Positions 8,556 through 17,929 of a DNA stretch of 64,000 bases are shown here, piece after piece; the first letter of the stretch is position 1, and each line of letters begins with the position of its first letter. The position numbers and the translations under genes are program-made. The DNA comes from an uncultured Haloferula sp. (GTDB lineage: Bacteria; Verrucomicrobiota; Verrucomicrobiia; Verrucomicrobiales; Akkermansiaceae): NCBI GenBank assembly GCA_965652295.1, contig CBFGTS010000002.1, forward strand, positions 128,001 to 192,000, in the 5' to 3' direction. Below the pieces are notes generated by a model. It worked only from the letters and a program-made list of their open reading frames with translations, was not told where the DNA came from and made no database searches.

Positions 8556-8778
8556 GGTTGCGCGCCCTCCAGCGGCCCAACCAATTTTTCCCCAAGGTGC
8601 GAATTGCCTTGCTTCCCGGGCCGATCCGGGTCAGTGCCTCTCCGTGGTCCGCGCCCTGGCATGTTCAAGGCATGGAGTGTTGCCAGGTGAGTTTAGCGAT
8701 TCGGTGGTAATCTGAGACCCGACCAGCGGGAACAGTCTGCGAGATACGATAGGAAATTAGGCGGACCACCTGACAACG

Positions 8779-9156
8779 ATGAAAATGTACGTGGGGAATC
8801 TCCCTTTTGATACGAACGACCAAGACCTCCGCAGCCTGTTCTCCGAATACGGAGCCGTGACGGATGTCCACATGCCTTCAGACCGCGAAACGGGTCGCCC
8901 CCGCGGTTTTGCCTTCGTGACCATGGACACGAAGGACGCCATGGAAGCTGCAATCAAGGGCCTTGACGGCCAGGATTTCCACGGCCGTGCCCTCCGCATC
9001 AATGAAGCCCGTGACCGCGAAGAACGCGGCGGTGGTGGTGGTGGCGGCGGATACGGTGGTGGCGGCGGCGGTGGCCAACGCCGCGGCGGTGGTGGTGGCG
9101 GCGGTGGCGGTGGCTACCGCGGCGGTGGTGGTGGTGGCGGCGGACGCCGCTGGTAA
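8779..9156 (+). CDS. Glycine-rich RRM RNA-binding protein
   Basis: RNP2 MYVGNL, RNP1 [15 protein letters not shown] and a Gly/Arg-rich tail. Confidence 0.96.
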   Translation: MKMYVGNLPFDTNDQDLRSLFSEYGAVTDVHMPSDRETGRPRGFAFVTMDTKDAMEAAIKGLDGQDFHGRALRINEARDREERGGGGGGGGYGGGGGGGQRRGGGGGGGGGGYRGGGGGGGGRRW

Positions 9157-9181
9157 CACCCAGCCTCGACCTTCTATTTCA

Positions 9182-9218
9182 AGGCGGTGTCTCCCTCTGG
9201 GGGCACCGCCTCTTTCTT
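9182..9218 (+). terminator. Intrinsic terminator of the RRM gene
   Basis: GGCGGTGTCTCC-CTCT-GGGGGCACCGCC followed by TCTTTCTT. Confidence 0.8.
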
Positions 9219-9307
9219 GCGGGCGCATCATCGCGACGACCGGAAGCCATCCATCCCCGTCGGATTGATCTTCCGGCAAAAAGCGGCGATGAGTCGTCGC
9301 GCTCCCT

Positions 9308-10135
9308 ATGCCCGACTTCGCCGCCATCGCCCGCGAACTCCACCACACACCCGCCGGCTCGCCGCGGAGCGTTTCCGGCGGCTGCATCCACGAAAGCTAC
9401 CTGTGGGGCGGTTGGTTCATCAAAACCAACTCGGTCGATCAGAGCGACAACTTCCGCGCTGAAGCGGAGGGTTTGAGCGCGCTCGCCACCACCGGTGCGA
9501 TCCGGGTGCCGGAGGTGATTGGACGAGGCGTCACCGGTGATCTGGCCTGGCTCGTTCTGGAGGCGCTCGATCTTCATTCCTCCGGCGACGAAGCGCTCCT
9601 CGGCGAGCAGCTCGCCGCCCTGCACTCGGTCAAAGCGGAAGCCTACGGATTTCCCCACGACAACTACCTGGGAACCACGCCGCAGGCGAACCCCCTCACG
9701 GATTCCTGGCCTGTGTTCTTCCGGGACCAGCGGCTCGGACGCCTGATCGGGCTCCTCCGCCAGCAAGACTCCCCACTTCCCGAGGCCGATGCCTTTCTTG
9801 AAAAACTCCCCTCGCTCCTTCCTGTCGATCCTCCGCCCGCCCTGCTGCACGGCGATCTCTGGGGCGGGAACAAGGGATTCCTCGCCGACGGCACACCCGT
9901 GGTTTTCGATCCCGCCGTCTATCACGGCGATGCCGAAACGGATCTCGCCATGACGCGGCTTTTCGGTGGTTTCGGCCCTCGTTTCTATCAAGCCTACCGG
10001 CACCATCGGCCGGCGCCCGAAAACGAAGCCACCCTCCATGGGATCTACAACCTCTACCACCTTCTCAACCACGCGCTGCTCTTCGGCGGTGGCTATCTTT
10101 CGGAGGCTCGCAGCCACATGCGCCGTTTCCTGTAG
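9308..10135 (+). CDS. Fructosamine kinase family protein
   Basis: VSGGCI, FIKTN, EAEGL, LLHGDLWGGN, FDPAVYHGDAETDLAM and YNLYHLLNH motifs. Confidence 0.95.
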   Translation: MPDFAAIARELHHTPAGSPRSVSGGCIHESYLWGGWFIKTNSVDQSDNFRAEAEGLSALATTGAIRVPEVIGRGVTGDLAWLVLEALDLHSSGDEALLGEQLAALHSVKAEAYGFPHDNYLGTTPQANPLTDSWPVFFRDQRLGRLIGLLRQQDSPLPEADAFLEKLPSLLPVDPPPALLHGDLWGGNKGFLADGTPVVFDPAVYHGDAETDLAMTRLFGGFGPRFYQAYRHHRPAPENEATLHGIYNLYHLLNHALLFGGGYLSEARSHMRRFL

Positions 10136-10805
10136 TCTCTTTTCGTGCGCTCGCGACCCTCTCACGATTCCGCCGCCGGCCACCCACGTCACCCGCTCCG
10201 AGGCGATCGCCACCGCCCATGCTTACACGCAGGTGAAATGGATGCCGGAAAGCCGCCACGTGCGGCACGGCGAGGACCCGGATGGCATTCTTGTTCACAC
10301 GCCGGACAGGTCCCTCTCCGACCACGGCTTCGCCAACGGCTGGTGGGCACCCGGCCGGCCCGCCCTCGGCATGGCCTACCAGTGGGGCGGCTTCGACACG
10401 CCATCGGAGTTCCTCGGCTCGCTCGATCGGGGTGAAGTGGCGGGCGACATCTCCACCGCAGCCAAGCGCCGCCTCGGAGATGCCGGCGCCAGCGCCCACG
10501 CTTGTGGCATCGACTGCTCCGGTCTCGTCTCCCGCTGCTGGCGCCTCGCCCGTCCGCATTCCACCCGGGAGCTGCCATCGATTTGCCAGCGGCTGGCAGC
10601 CTGGGAGCACCTCGCGCCCGGAGACATCCTTCTCAACGACCGCCACGTCGTCCTCTTCGCCGGCTGGGATCGCGGTGGAAAAAGCATCCTCGCCTACGAA
10701 GCGGGACCCTTCCCCGTCTGGCGGGTCAACGCTGCCTCCATCCCGGTTTCCAAACTCCTCCGGGAAGGCTACGCGCCCTGGCGGTATCGAGGCATCCGGG
10801 ACTAA
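10089..10805 (+). CDS. NlpC/P60-like (papain-fold) lipoprotein
   Basis: GTG 10089 gives VAIFRRLAATCAVSCSLFSC (lipobox); YQWGG, GIDCSGLVSRCW (catalytic Cys) and PGDILLNDRHVVLF (His). Start is inferred. Confidence 0.75.
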   Translation: MAIFRRLAATCAVSCSLFSCARDPLTIPPPATHVTRSEAIATAHAYTQVKWMPESRHVRHGEDPDGILVHTPDRSLSDHGFANGWWAPGRPALGMAYQWGGFDTPSEFLGSLDRGEVAGDISTAAKRRLGDAGASAHACGIDCSGLVSRCWRLARPHSTRELPSICQRLAAWEHLAPGDILLNDRHVVLFAGWDRGGKSILAYEAGPFPVWRVNAASIPVSKLLREGYAPWRYRGIRD

Positions 10806-10901
10806 AGCCGGTTATGCTCTTCCTCCCATCCTCTTCGGCCGGGCATCGTTTCAAGCGCAATCCCCCTTGCCTCCGGCCCGCCCTCCGGCATGCTCCCCGC
10901 C

Positions 10902-11690
10902 ATGCAAACTGCTGCTTTCCTCAAGGATATGTTCGGGCTTCAGGGCAAGACGGCCGTCGTCATCGGCGGCACGGGTGAACTTTGCGGAGTCATGGCCGAG
11001 GGTCTCGCCCACGCCGGCTGCGAAGTCGTCCTCGTCGGCCGCATTCGCGAAAAGGGTGAGAAGAAACTCGAGCGCATCCACGAGTTCGGCGGCAAGGGCT
11101 ATTTCATGCCGGTCGATGTCACCTCCACCGAGTCGATGCAGTCACTCCTCAATGAGGTCGTGAAGAAGTCCGGCCAGATCGACATCCTCGTCAACGGAGC
11201 CGGTATCAACGCGCCCACCCCCTTCCTCGACATTCCGGAGGACGAGTTCCACCGCATCATCGACACCAACCTCACCGCCGTATTCCGTGCCTGCCAGGTG
11301 TTCGGCCGCTATTTCATTGAGAACGAAGTACCCGCCTCGGTCATCAACCTCGGCTCCATGTCCGGGATCGTCCCCCTCAGCCGCGTATTCACCTACTCCG
11401 CCACCAAGGCCGCTGTTCACAATCTGTCCAAAAACCTCGCCCGCGAGTGGGCCGAAAACTCCATCCGCGTCAACACGCTCGTCCCGGGGTTCTTCCCCGC
11501 CGAGCAGAACCGCAAGGTGCTCGATGAAAGCCGGGTGCTCGACATCCTGCGCCAGACTCCCATGAGCCGCTTCGGCAACCCCGAGGAACTCATCGGTGCC
11601 ACCCTTCTTCTCGCCTCCAATCGCGCCGGTTCCTTCATCACCGGCACCGAAATCGTTGTCGATGGCGGCTTCAACGCGATGAAGATCTGA
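10902..11690 (+). CDS. SDR oxidoreductase (gluconate 5-dehydrogenase / mannonate oxidoreductase-like)
   Basis: GGTGELC, LVNGAG, YSATK catalytic motif, PGFFPAEQN and VDGGF. Confidence 0.92.
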   Translation: MQTAAFLKDMFGLQGKTAVVIGGTGELCGVMAEGLAHAGCEVVLVGRIREKGEKKLERIHEFGGKGYFMPVDVTSTESMQSLLNEVVKKSGQIDILVNGAGINAPTPFLDIPEDEFHRIIDTNLTAVFRACQVFGRYFIENEVPASVINLGSMSGIVPLSRVFTYSATKAAVHNLSKNLAREWAENSIRVNTLVPGFFPAEQNRKVLDESRVLDILRQTPMSRFGNPEELIGATLLLASNRAGSFITGTEIVVDGGFNAMKI

Positions 11691-11771
11691 GCCTTCGACG
11701 ACTTCCCCGCCCTTCCGTCTTCGGGCCTTGCCTGTGCGCGGACCGATGAGAAATTGGTTCCGCCGTGCGGC

Positions 11772-11800
11772 TTGCACCGGGGAGACCCGCGGTGTAAAGA
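11772..11800 (+). promoter_or_regulatory. Putative sigma70 promoter of secA
   Basis: TTGCAC-17 nt (ending TG)-TAAAGA, about 45 nt upstream of the ATG. Confidence 0.45.
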
Positions 11801-11845
11801 CGCCGCCCCGTCCGGTGCGCCACCGGCCGCGAACCCAGCTTTCCC

Positions 11846-14800
11846 ATGATCAAGTGGATCCTCCAAAAAATCGTTGGCTCGAAAAACCAACGTGAACTGA
11901 AGCGCATCCGCCCCACCGTCGGGCGGATCAACGAAATCGAAGAAGCGCTCCAGAACGAGCCCGAAGAAAAACTCCGCGAGCTGACCGCGAAATGGCGCGA
12001 CCACCTCGCCCGCTATCACGAGCTGCACGCGCCGACCAAGCCGCAGCTCGAGCGTGCCGACACCGCCCAGCTCGAAGAGGCCGCCGCCGCCGTCGAGGCC
12101 CGGCTCGCCCGCCTGCGCGAGGAATTTCCCTCGCTGCCGGAATCGGTGGAGCCCAGCGCCGAATCGATCGAGGCCGCCAAGGCCGCCTTCCGCGCGATCG
12201 AAGACCAGTTCCCGAGATCCCGCGCCCGCTACCTCGACCAGATTCTCCCCGAGGCCTACGCCGTGGTGAAGAACGCCGCCCGCCGTCTGTGCGGATCGAC
12301 CATTTCGGTCTGCGATCAGCAACTGCCGTGGGAGATGGTTCATTTCGACGTGCAGCTTGTCGGCGGCATCGCGCTGCATCGCGGGATGATCGCGGAAATG
12401 CAAACCGGTGAGGGCAAGACGCTGGTCGCCACCCTGCCCGTTTTCCTCAACGCCCTGACCGGCCTCGGCGTCCACGTCGTCACGGTCAACGACTACCTCG
12501 CCCGCCGGGACTCCGAGTGGATGGGGGCCGTATTCAAATACCTCGGCCTCACCGTCGGCTGCATCCAGAATCAGATGCCCCCGTGGGAGCGCCGCGAGCA
12601 ATACGCCTGCGACATCACCTACGGCACCAACGCCGAGTTCGGCTTCGACTATCTGCGCGACAACGGCATGGCCGGCTCGAAGGACGACCAGGTCCAGCGC
12701 GGTCACTATTTCGCGATCATCGACGAAGTGGACTCCATCCTCATCGACGAAGCGCGGACGCCGCTCATCATCTCGGGGCCCTCAACGGTTTCCAGTCATC
12801 AGTTTGATCGCTACAAGCCGCTCGTCGAGCAGCTCGTGAAGCGTCAGACGCTGCTTTGCAACGAGCTCGTCAACGAGGCCAAGGATCTGGTCGAGTCCGA
12901 CCCCGAGGGTGCCGGCCGCCGCCTGTTCAAGGTCAAGCTCGGCCAGCCCCGCAACCGCCAACTCATGCGCCTGATGCAGGAGCCGGACATCCGACGCCTG
13001 TTGGAGAAAACCGAACTCTCGTTCTATCAGGACGCGCAGAAGAAGGAACTCTTCGAGATCAAGGAGGAGCTTTATTTCACCATCGATGAGAAGGCGAACG
13101 ACGCCGACCTCATGGAAAGGGGCCGCGAGTTTCTCGCCCCCGGAGACCCCGAGTCCTTCGTGCTGCCCGACCTCGGCTCCCTGCTGGCGGAAATCGATGC
13201 CGACCCGGAACTCACCGACGAGCAGCGCCTCGCCCACAAGGAGGAAGCCCAGAACCGCATGGATCATCAGGCGGAGAAGATGCACAACATCTCCCAGCTC
13301 CTGAAGGCCTACTGCGTGTTCGAAAAGGACGTCCAGTACGTCGTCGAAGACGGCAAGGTGATGATCGTTGATGAAAACACCGGCCGGAAGATGCCCGGCC
13401 GGCGCTGGTCGGACGGCCTTCACCAGGCCGTCGAGGCGAAGGAAGGCGTGGTCATCGAAAAGGAGACTCAGACCTACGCGACCATCACCATCCAGAATTA
13501 CTTCCGTCTTTACGAGAAACTCGCGGGCATGACCGGCACCGCCGAAACGGAGGCCGCCGAGTTTTCCGACATCTACCGGCTCGACGTCCTGCCGATCCCG
13601 ACCAACCGGCCCAACCAGCGCAAGGACCACAACGATCAGGTTTTCAAGACCCGCCGCGAGAAGTACAACGCGGTGATCAAGAAGATCGAGGAAGCCCACA
13701 CGAAGGGCCAGCCGGTCCTCGTCGGCACCGCCTCGGTTGAGGCCTCGGAGACCGTCTCTCGCATGCTCCAGCGCGCCCGCATCCCGCACGAGGTGCTCAA
13801 CGCGAAGAACCACGCCCGCGAGGCCGACATCGTCACCGCCGCCGGTCAGCACGGCGCGGTCACCATTTCCACCAACATGGCCGGCCGCGGCACCGACATC
13901 AAACTCGGCCAGGGCGTCGCCGATCTCGGCGGCCTGTTCGTGATCGCCACCGAGCGCTACGAATCCCGCCGCGTCGATCGCCAGCTCCGCGGCCGTTGCG
14001 CCCGTCAGGGCGACCCCGGAATGAGCCAGTTCTTCATCTCCTTCGAGGACGACCTGATGCGGAACTTCGCCGCCGCCGACCGCATGACCAACATGATGGA
14101 GCGATTCGGCATGGAGGAAGGCGAAGCGCTCGAGCACTCGTGGCTCAACAAATCGGTCGAAACCGCGCAGAAGCGCGTCGAGCAACGCAACTACACCTGG
14201 CGGAAGCGCATTCTCGAATTCGACGACGTGATGAACCAGCAGCGGACCGTCGTTTACGGCTACCGCAACGAGGTCCTCACCACCGAGGATCCGCGGGAGC
14301 TGGTCAACGAAATCATCGAGAAAGCCATCTCGGCCAAGGTCGAAGAGTATCTCAGCGAACGCGACGAGGAATCGCCCGATTACAACGAGTTGCTCCACTG
14401 GGTGAACGCCACGCTGCCGATCCGCATCACGCCGGAAGAACTGCAGATCGAAAACGCGAGTGCCGAATCCATCACCGAACTCATCGTTGCCAAGGTCAAG
14501 GAGCTCTACGAAGCCCGGGTCGGCAACCTGCCGCCGGAGATTCTCGAAAACGAGGAGCGCCGGATGATCATGGCCGCCGTCGACAAGCAGTGGCAGGCCC
14601 ACCTTTACAACATGGACGCCTTGCGCGAAGGCATCTCGTTCCGTGCCCAGGGCCAGAAGGACCCGCTCATCGAGTATAAAAACGAGGCCTACAAGCTCTT
14701 CGTCGATCTCATGGGCAGCATCGATCAGGAAGCCCTGCACAACCTTTTCCGCTCGGCGAGCCGCATCGAAGATTTCCTTCGCCAGCAATTCGCCTCGATG

Positions 14801-15016
14801 CAGGAGCGTCACGCGCCGGTGCCGAACCAGAATATTGCGTCCACCGGGAATTCCGGAAACATCGCCCCGGAAGCGATGGGTGGATCCGGTGAACTGAAAC
14901 TCAATCTACCCAAGCGCCGCCCGCCGAGCTTCAACATCGACACGGTCGGCCGCAACGCCGCCTGCCCGTGCGGCTCAGGCAAGAAATTCAAGCAATGCTG
15001 TGGCCGCGAGGCGTGA
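11846..15016 (+). CDS. secA: Preprotein translocase ATPase SecA
   Basis: EMQTGEGKT, VTVNDYLA, IDEVDSILIDEARTPLIISG, TNMAGRGTDI, QLRGRCARQGDPG and C-terminal CPCGSGKKFKQCC. Confidence 0.99.
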   Translation: MIKWILQKIVGSKNQRELKRIRPTVGRINEIEEALQNEPEEKLRELTAKWRDHLARYHELHAPTKPQLERADTAQLEEAAAAVEARLARLREEFPSLPESVEPSAESIEAAKAAFRAIEDQFPRSRARYLDQILPEAYAVVKNAARRLCGSTISVCDQQLPWEMVHFDVQLVGGIALHRGMIAEMQTGEGKTLVATLPVFLNALTGLGVHVVTVNDYLARRDSEWMGAVFKYLGLTVGCIQNQMPPWERREQYACDITYGTNAEFGFDYLRDNGMAGSKDDQVQRGHYFAIIDEVDSILIDEARTPLIISGPSTVSSHQFDRYKPLVEQLVKRQTLLCNELVNEAKDLVESDPEGAGRRLFKVKLGQPRNRQLMRLMQEPDIRRLLEKTELSFYQDAQKKELFEIKEELYFTIDEKANDADLMERGREFLAPGDPESFVLPDLGSLLAEIDADPELTDEQRLAHKEEAQNRMDHQAEKMHNISQLLKAYCVFEKDVQYVVEDGKVMIVDENTGRKMPGRRWSDGLHQAVEAKEGVVIEKETQTYATITIQNYFRLYEKLAGMTGTAETEAAEFSDIYRLDVLPIPTNRPNQRKDHNDQVFKTRREKYNAVIKKIEEAHTKGQPVLVGTASVEASETVSRMLQRARIPHEVLNAKNHAREADIVTAAGQHGAVTISTNMAGRGTDIKLGQGVADLGGLFVIATERYESRRVDRQLRGRCARQGDPGMSQFFISFEDDLMRNFAAADRMTNMMERFGMEEGEALEHSWLNKSVETAQKRVEQRNYTWRKRILEFDDVMNQQRTVVYGYRNEVLTTEDPRELVNEIIEKAISAKVEEYLSERDEESPDYNELLHWVNATLPIRITPEELQIENASAESITELIVAKVKELYEARVGNLPPEILENEERRMIMAAVDKQWQAHLYNMDALREGISFRAQGQKDPLIEYKNEAYKLFVDLMGSIDQEALHNLFRSASRIEDFLRQQFASMQERHAPVPNQNIASTGNSGNIAPEAMGGSGELKLNLPKRRPPSFNIDTVGRNAACPCGSGKKFKQCCGREA

Positions 15017-15088
15017 AGCCCGTTCCACACGCCCGGAATACTTCACCTTTCCGAAATACCGGGCCGGATTTCCGTTGAAACTCCTCAC

Positions 15089-15116
15089 TTGACAACAAGG
15101 GTTGCGCGGGTAGCCT
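15089..15116 (+). promoter_or_regulatory. Putative sigma70 promoter of rpsU
   Basis: TTGACA-16 nt-TAGCCT. Confidence 0.55.
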
Positions 15117-15150
15117 CCGCGCCCCGACTCGAAAGGACGAACTGATTCAC

Positions 15151-15411
15151 ATGAGCGAACAACAACTGCGTGGTGTAATTGTAAAGAAAGGCGAACCCGT
15201 TGACCGGGCTCTGAAGCGCCTGAAGACGAAGCTGGATACCGAAGGTGTCCTCGAAGAAATGCGCCGCCGCCGTGCATTCGAGTCCCCGACCCAGCGCAAG
15301 ATCCGCAAGCAACGCACCGCTCCGAAGCGCAACAAGGTCCGCTGGAAATACGTGAGCCCCTCTCAGGAGGCCAAGGCCGAGGAGGCCGCCGCTGCCAAGT
15401 CGCACGCCTGA
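15151..15411 (+). CDS. rpsU: 30S ribosomal protein bS21
   Basis: VKKGEPVDRALKRLK...EEMRRRRAFESPT pattern; small basic protein. Confidence 0.93.
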   Translation: MSEQQLRGVIVKKGEPVDRALKRLKTKLDTEGVLEEMRRRRAFESPTQRKIRKQRTAPKRNKVRWKYVSPSQEAKAEEAAAAKSHA

Positions 15412-15438
15412 AGCCCCCTCAGTCCTTTCCCAACGAGT

Positions 15439-15470
15439 GAAGCGGTCATCTCCGGATGCCCGCTTTTTTC
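15439..15470 (+). terminator. Intrinsic terminator of rpsU
   Basis: AAGCGGTCATCT-CC-GGATGCCCGCTT followed by a T-run. Confidence 0.8.
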
Positions 15471-15515
15471 GTGCTCACGGAGCATGGAGAACCGGCACGC
15501 CGCTCTTCGCGATGA

Positions 15516-16367
15516 TCACTCTCTCTTCCCTGGCAGCAACCGTGAAAGCGTCGCCATGGTTTTCGCAGTGGACTCCGCTTCCATGTGGCGGCCATCGGTG
15601 AACGAAACGCTGTCCGTCGGAAGCCCGGCGTTCAGGTCCCACCAACCCGCTCCGGATTTCACAGCCAAAGCCCGGGCAACGCGGAGTTCCGAGCTGCCCT
15701 CCAGCTCGCCCGGTGGCAGCATCACCAGCACCACCCGGCTGCCTCGCTTCTCCAGGCGAGCGATGATTCCAGCGAGTTCATCGACCAATTCTGATTCCGC
15801 CGCGGACAGCTTGGCGGCAGCCTCACCGGCATACGGGCCCGGCTGCGAATCGATCGGTAAATCCTCGGAAATCGCTGCTGGCGGCCCCTCCTTTTTCTGA
15901 ATCAGCCATGAGTAGACGAAGGCCGTGGGCCGGGCGGTGGCACCGAGGTTCGGCACCCTGCGGCCCACTTGAAACCACGGCCCCGAGATCGCCGCGGCCA
16001 TTTCCGAACCACGGCCGTCGAGATCGTAGGCGAGGGTGTTCGCCTCGACCACGACGATCGGCGCGGCATCGATTTCCCCACGATCGATTGCCCTCAGCGT
16101 AACCGCCGCGCTGCCACCATCGCAGCCGATGTTGGCGATCCCCTCCACCGCCGCCGCACGATCCGCGAGACGACCGGTGAGGGACGAACCGAGCAGCAGG
16201 ATCCGGGGATTTTCGGCGGCTGCCGTCTGGAGTCTTGCGAGCGACGAGAAGTAGTTCGATTCGCTCTTCGCGGTTTTTCCTCCCACGAGCCGCAGGCCCA
16301 GCGTCTGCACCGCTACGCACAGGGCGAGCGTGCCGAGGAAGCCGAGGACATAGCGGAGCGCGAGCAT
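15516..16367 (-). CDS. Membrane-anchored SGNH/AlgJ/DltD-like acyltransferase partner
   Basis: N-terminal TM; block I LLLGSSL; C-terminal FTDGRH (DxxH); coupled to the MBOAT gene by a 1-nt overlap. Confidence 0.7.
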   Translation of the reverse strand: MLALRYVLGFLGTLALCVAVQTLGLRLVGGKTAKSESNYFSSLARLQTAAAENPRILLLGSSLTGRLADRAAAVEGIANIGCDGGSAAVTLRAIDRGEIDAAPIVVVEANTLAYDLDGRGSEMAAAISGPWFQVGRRVPNLGATARPTAFVYSWLIQKKEGPPAAISEDLPIDSQPGPYAGEAAAKLSAAESELVDELAGIIARLEKRGSRVVLVMLPPGELEGSSELRVARALAVKSGAGWWDLNAGLPTDSVSFTDGRHMEAESTAKTMATLSRLLPGKRE

Positions 16368-17839
16368 CAGAACTGGAAGTAGATGAAGCCCCGTGGCGCA
16401 CCGGGGTTGGTGACAATCAGGAATAACATCAATCCTTGCAGCGCCCCTTCAAGCGCCAAGGGCGGATGCAGCAGCAGGCGGTCGCGGCGATGCTCCTTCA
16501 GCCAGCCCCAGAGGTGGTAGACCACCGCGGCTCCGCCATAAACCACCAGCGCGAATACCGGCTGACCGGGAATGCTGAAACCGGAAGCGAGCGCCCTGAA
16601 AAAGCCGGCGATGTGCTCCATGTCCGGCATGAGGAACGTCAGCCACAGAAAGGTCACCACATGGAAAGTGTAGAACCACCGCAGCCCCGCCAGCAGAGAT
16701 CCCGCGAAGCCCTCACCGGGCAAGGTCGGAGTTTTGCCACGGAATGCCAGACGCTCGAGGGCGAGGAAGCCTCCGTGCAGGCTTCCCCAGAGCGCGAACT
16801 TCCACTCCGCTCCGTGCCACAGCCCGCCGAGGAACATGACAAGAAAAAGGTTGAGGTAGGTCCTGCCGCCGCCCTTCCGGTTTCCGCCCAGCGGAATGTA
16901 GAGGTAGTCGCGCAGCCACGAGGAAAGCGAAAGGTGCCAGCGCCGCCAGAACTCGGTGATACTGGTCGAGAGGTACGGGAAGTTGAAATTCGGCGGCAGC
17001 TTGTAGCCGAACAGCGCCCCGAGCCCGATCGCGATCAGCGAGTAGCCGGCGAAGTCGGCGAAGATCTGCAAGCCGTATCCATAGAGCATGGCCATCAGCC
17101 CCACCGGTCCGAAGGCGCGGAGACCTTCCTCGCCGATCGTCAGCAGTCCGGTTTGTTCGGCGAGGTTGTCGGCCACGAAAATCTTCAGGAAATACCCCGT
17201 GAACAGACCGCGGCGCACGGTGATCCAGTCGATCTCCCGCCACGTCTTGCCGCCGATCTGATCGAAGAAGTCGCGCGCCTTGACGATCGGTCCGGCGACG
17301 AGCTGGGGAAAAAACGCGACGTAGAAGCTGGCATCCCGCACCACCGCCACCCGGCCTTTTCCCGCCCGGGTGAACATTTCCTCGGTGTGGCGGCTGACGT
17401 CCCGACGCCACACATCGATCACCAGGCTGATCCCTTGGAAGGTGTAAAACGAGATCCCCACCGGCAGAGGAATCCCTCGCGCCCAGGCGATGACGCTCTC
17501 CGGGAGCCATGGGAGCTGACCTGCGAGGAAACCCGCGTACTTGAAAACCGCGAGCAGGCCGAGATTGACCACCACCGCCATCTTCATCGTGCGGCGCGCC
17601 CCGGCATCAGCCCCCAGGCGGCGCAGACGCAGAATTCTTCCCGCCGCGAGCGAGTTCAGGATGCAGGAAAACCCCAGCAGCGGTAGAAGCTGCGGCGCGC
17701 CCCAAGCATAGAAAAGCGCGCTGGAGGCCAACAACAGTCCCACCTGCCACAGCCTGCGCGCACCCGAGGGCACAGGCAGGTAGTAGAGGATGAAAGTCAG
17801 CGCCAGGAGCGCGAGGAACTCGAAGGAATTGAACAGCAT
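16367..17839 (-). CDS. MBOAT O-acyltransferase (AlgI/PatA family)
   Basis: MLFNS, LPVGISFYTFQ, FFPQLVAGPI, QIFADFAGYS, FWRRWHLSLS.WLRDYLYIPLGG and GLWHGA. Confidence 0.96.
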   Translation of the reverse strand: MLFNSFEFLALLALTFILYYLPVPSGARRLWQVGLLLASSALFYAWGAPQLLPLLGFSCILNSLAAGRILRLRRLGADAGARRTMKMAVVVNLGLLAVFKYAGFLAGQLPWLPESVIAWARGIPLPVGISFYTFQGISLVIDVWRRDVSRHTEEMFTRAGKGRVAVVRDASFYVAFFPQLVAGPIVKARDFFDQIGGKTWREIDWITVRRGLFTGYFLKIFVADNLAEQTGLLTIGEEGLRAFGPVGLMAMLYGYGLQIFADFAGYSLIAIGLGALFGYKLPPNFNFPYLSTSITEFWRRWHLSLSSWLRDYLYIPLGGNRKGGGRTYLNLFLVMFLGGLWHGAEWKFALWGSLHGGFLALERLAFRGKTPTLPGEGFAGSLLAGLRWFYTFHVVTFLWLTFLMPDMEHIAGFFRALASGFSIPGQPVFALVVYGGAAVVYHLWGWLKEHRRDRLLLHPPLALEGALQGLMLFLIVTNPGAPRGFIYFQF

Positions 17840-17929
17840 GCCGGGGGAGGCTCGGAAAACCCACGGAAGGATTTCCCTTCCCGAAGAACCCTAACAGCAC
17901 GCCTCCGTCAAGGTCGTGACCAGCCGCGA

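Noticed and set aside
9025..9145. GGT/GGC trinucleotide run as a repeat locus or CRISPR
   Set aside because: It encodes the Gly-rich tail of the RRM protein; there is no repeat-spacer structure.
12782..14812. Long antisense ORFs (also 22368..24011, 43256..44923, 53858..55810)
   Set aside because: In-register shadows of highly biased GC-rich genes (secA, purB, rarA, batB) with no recognisable motifs.
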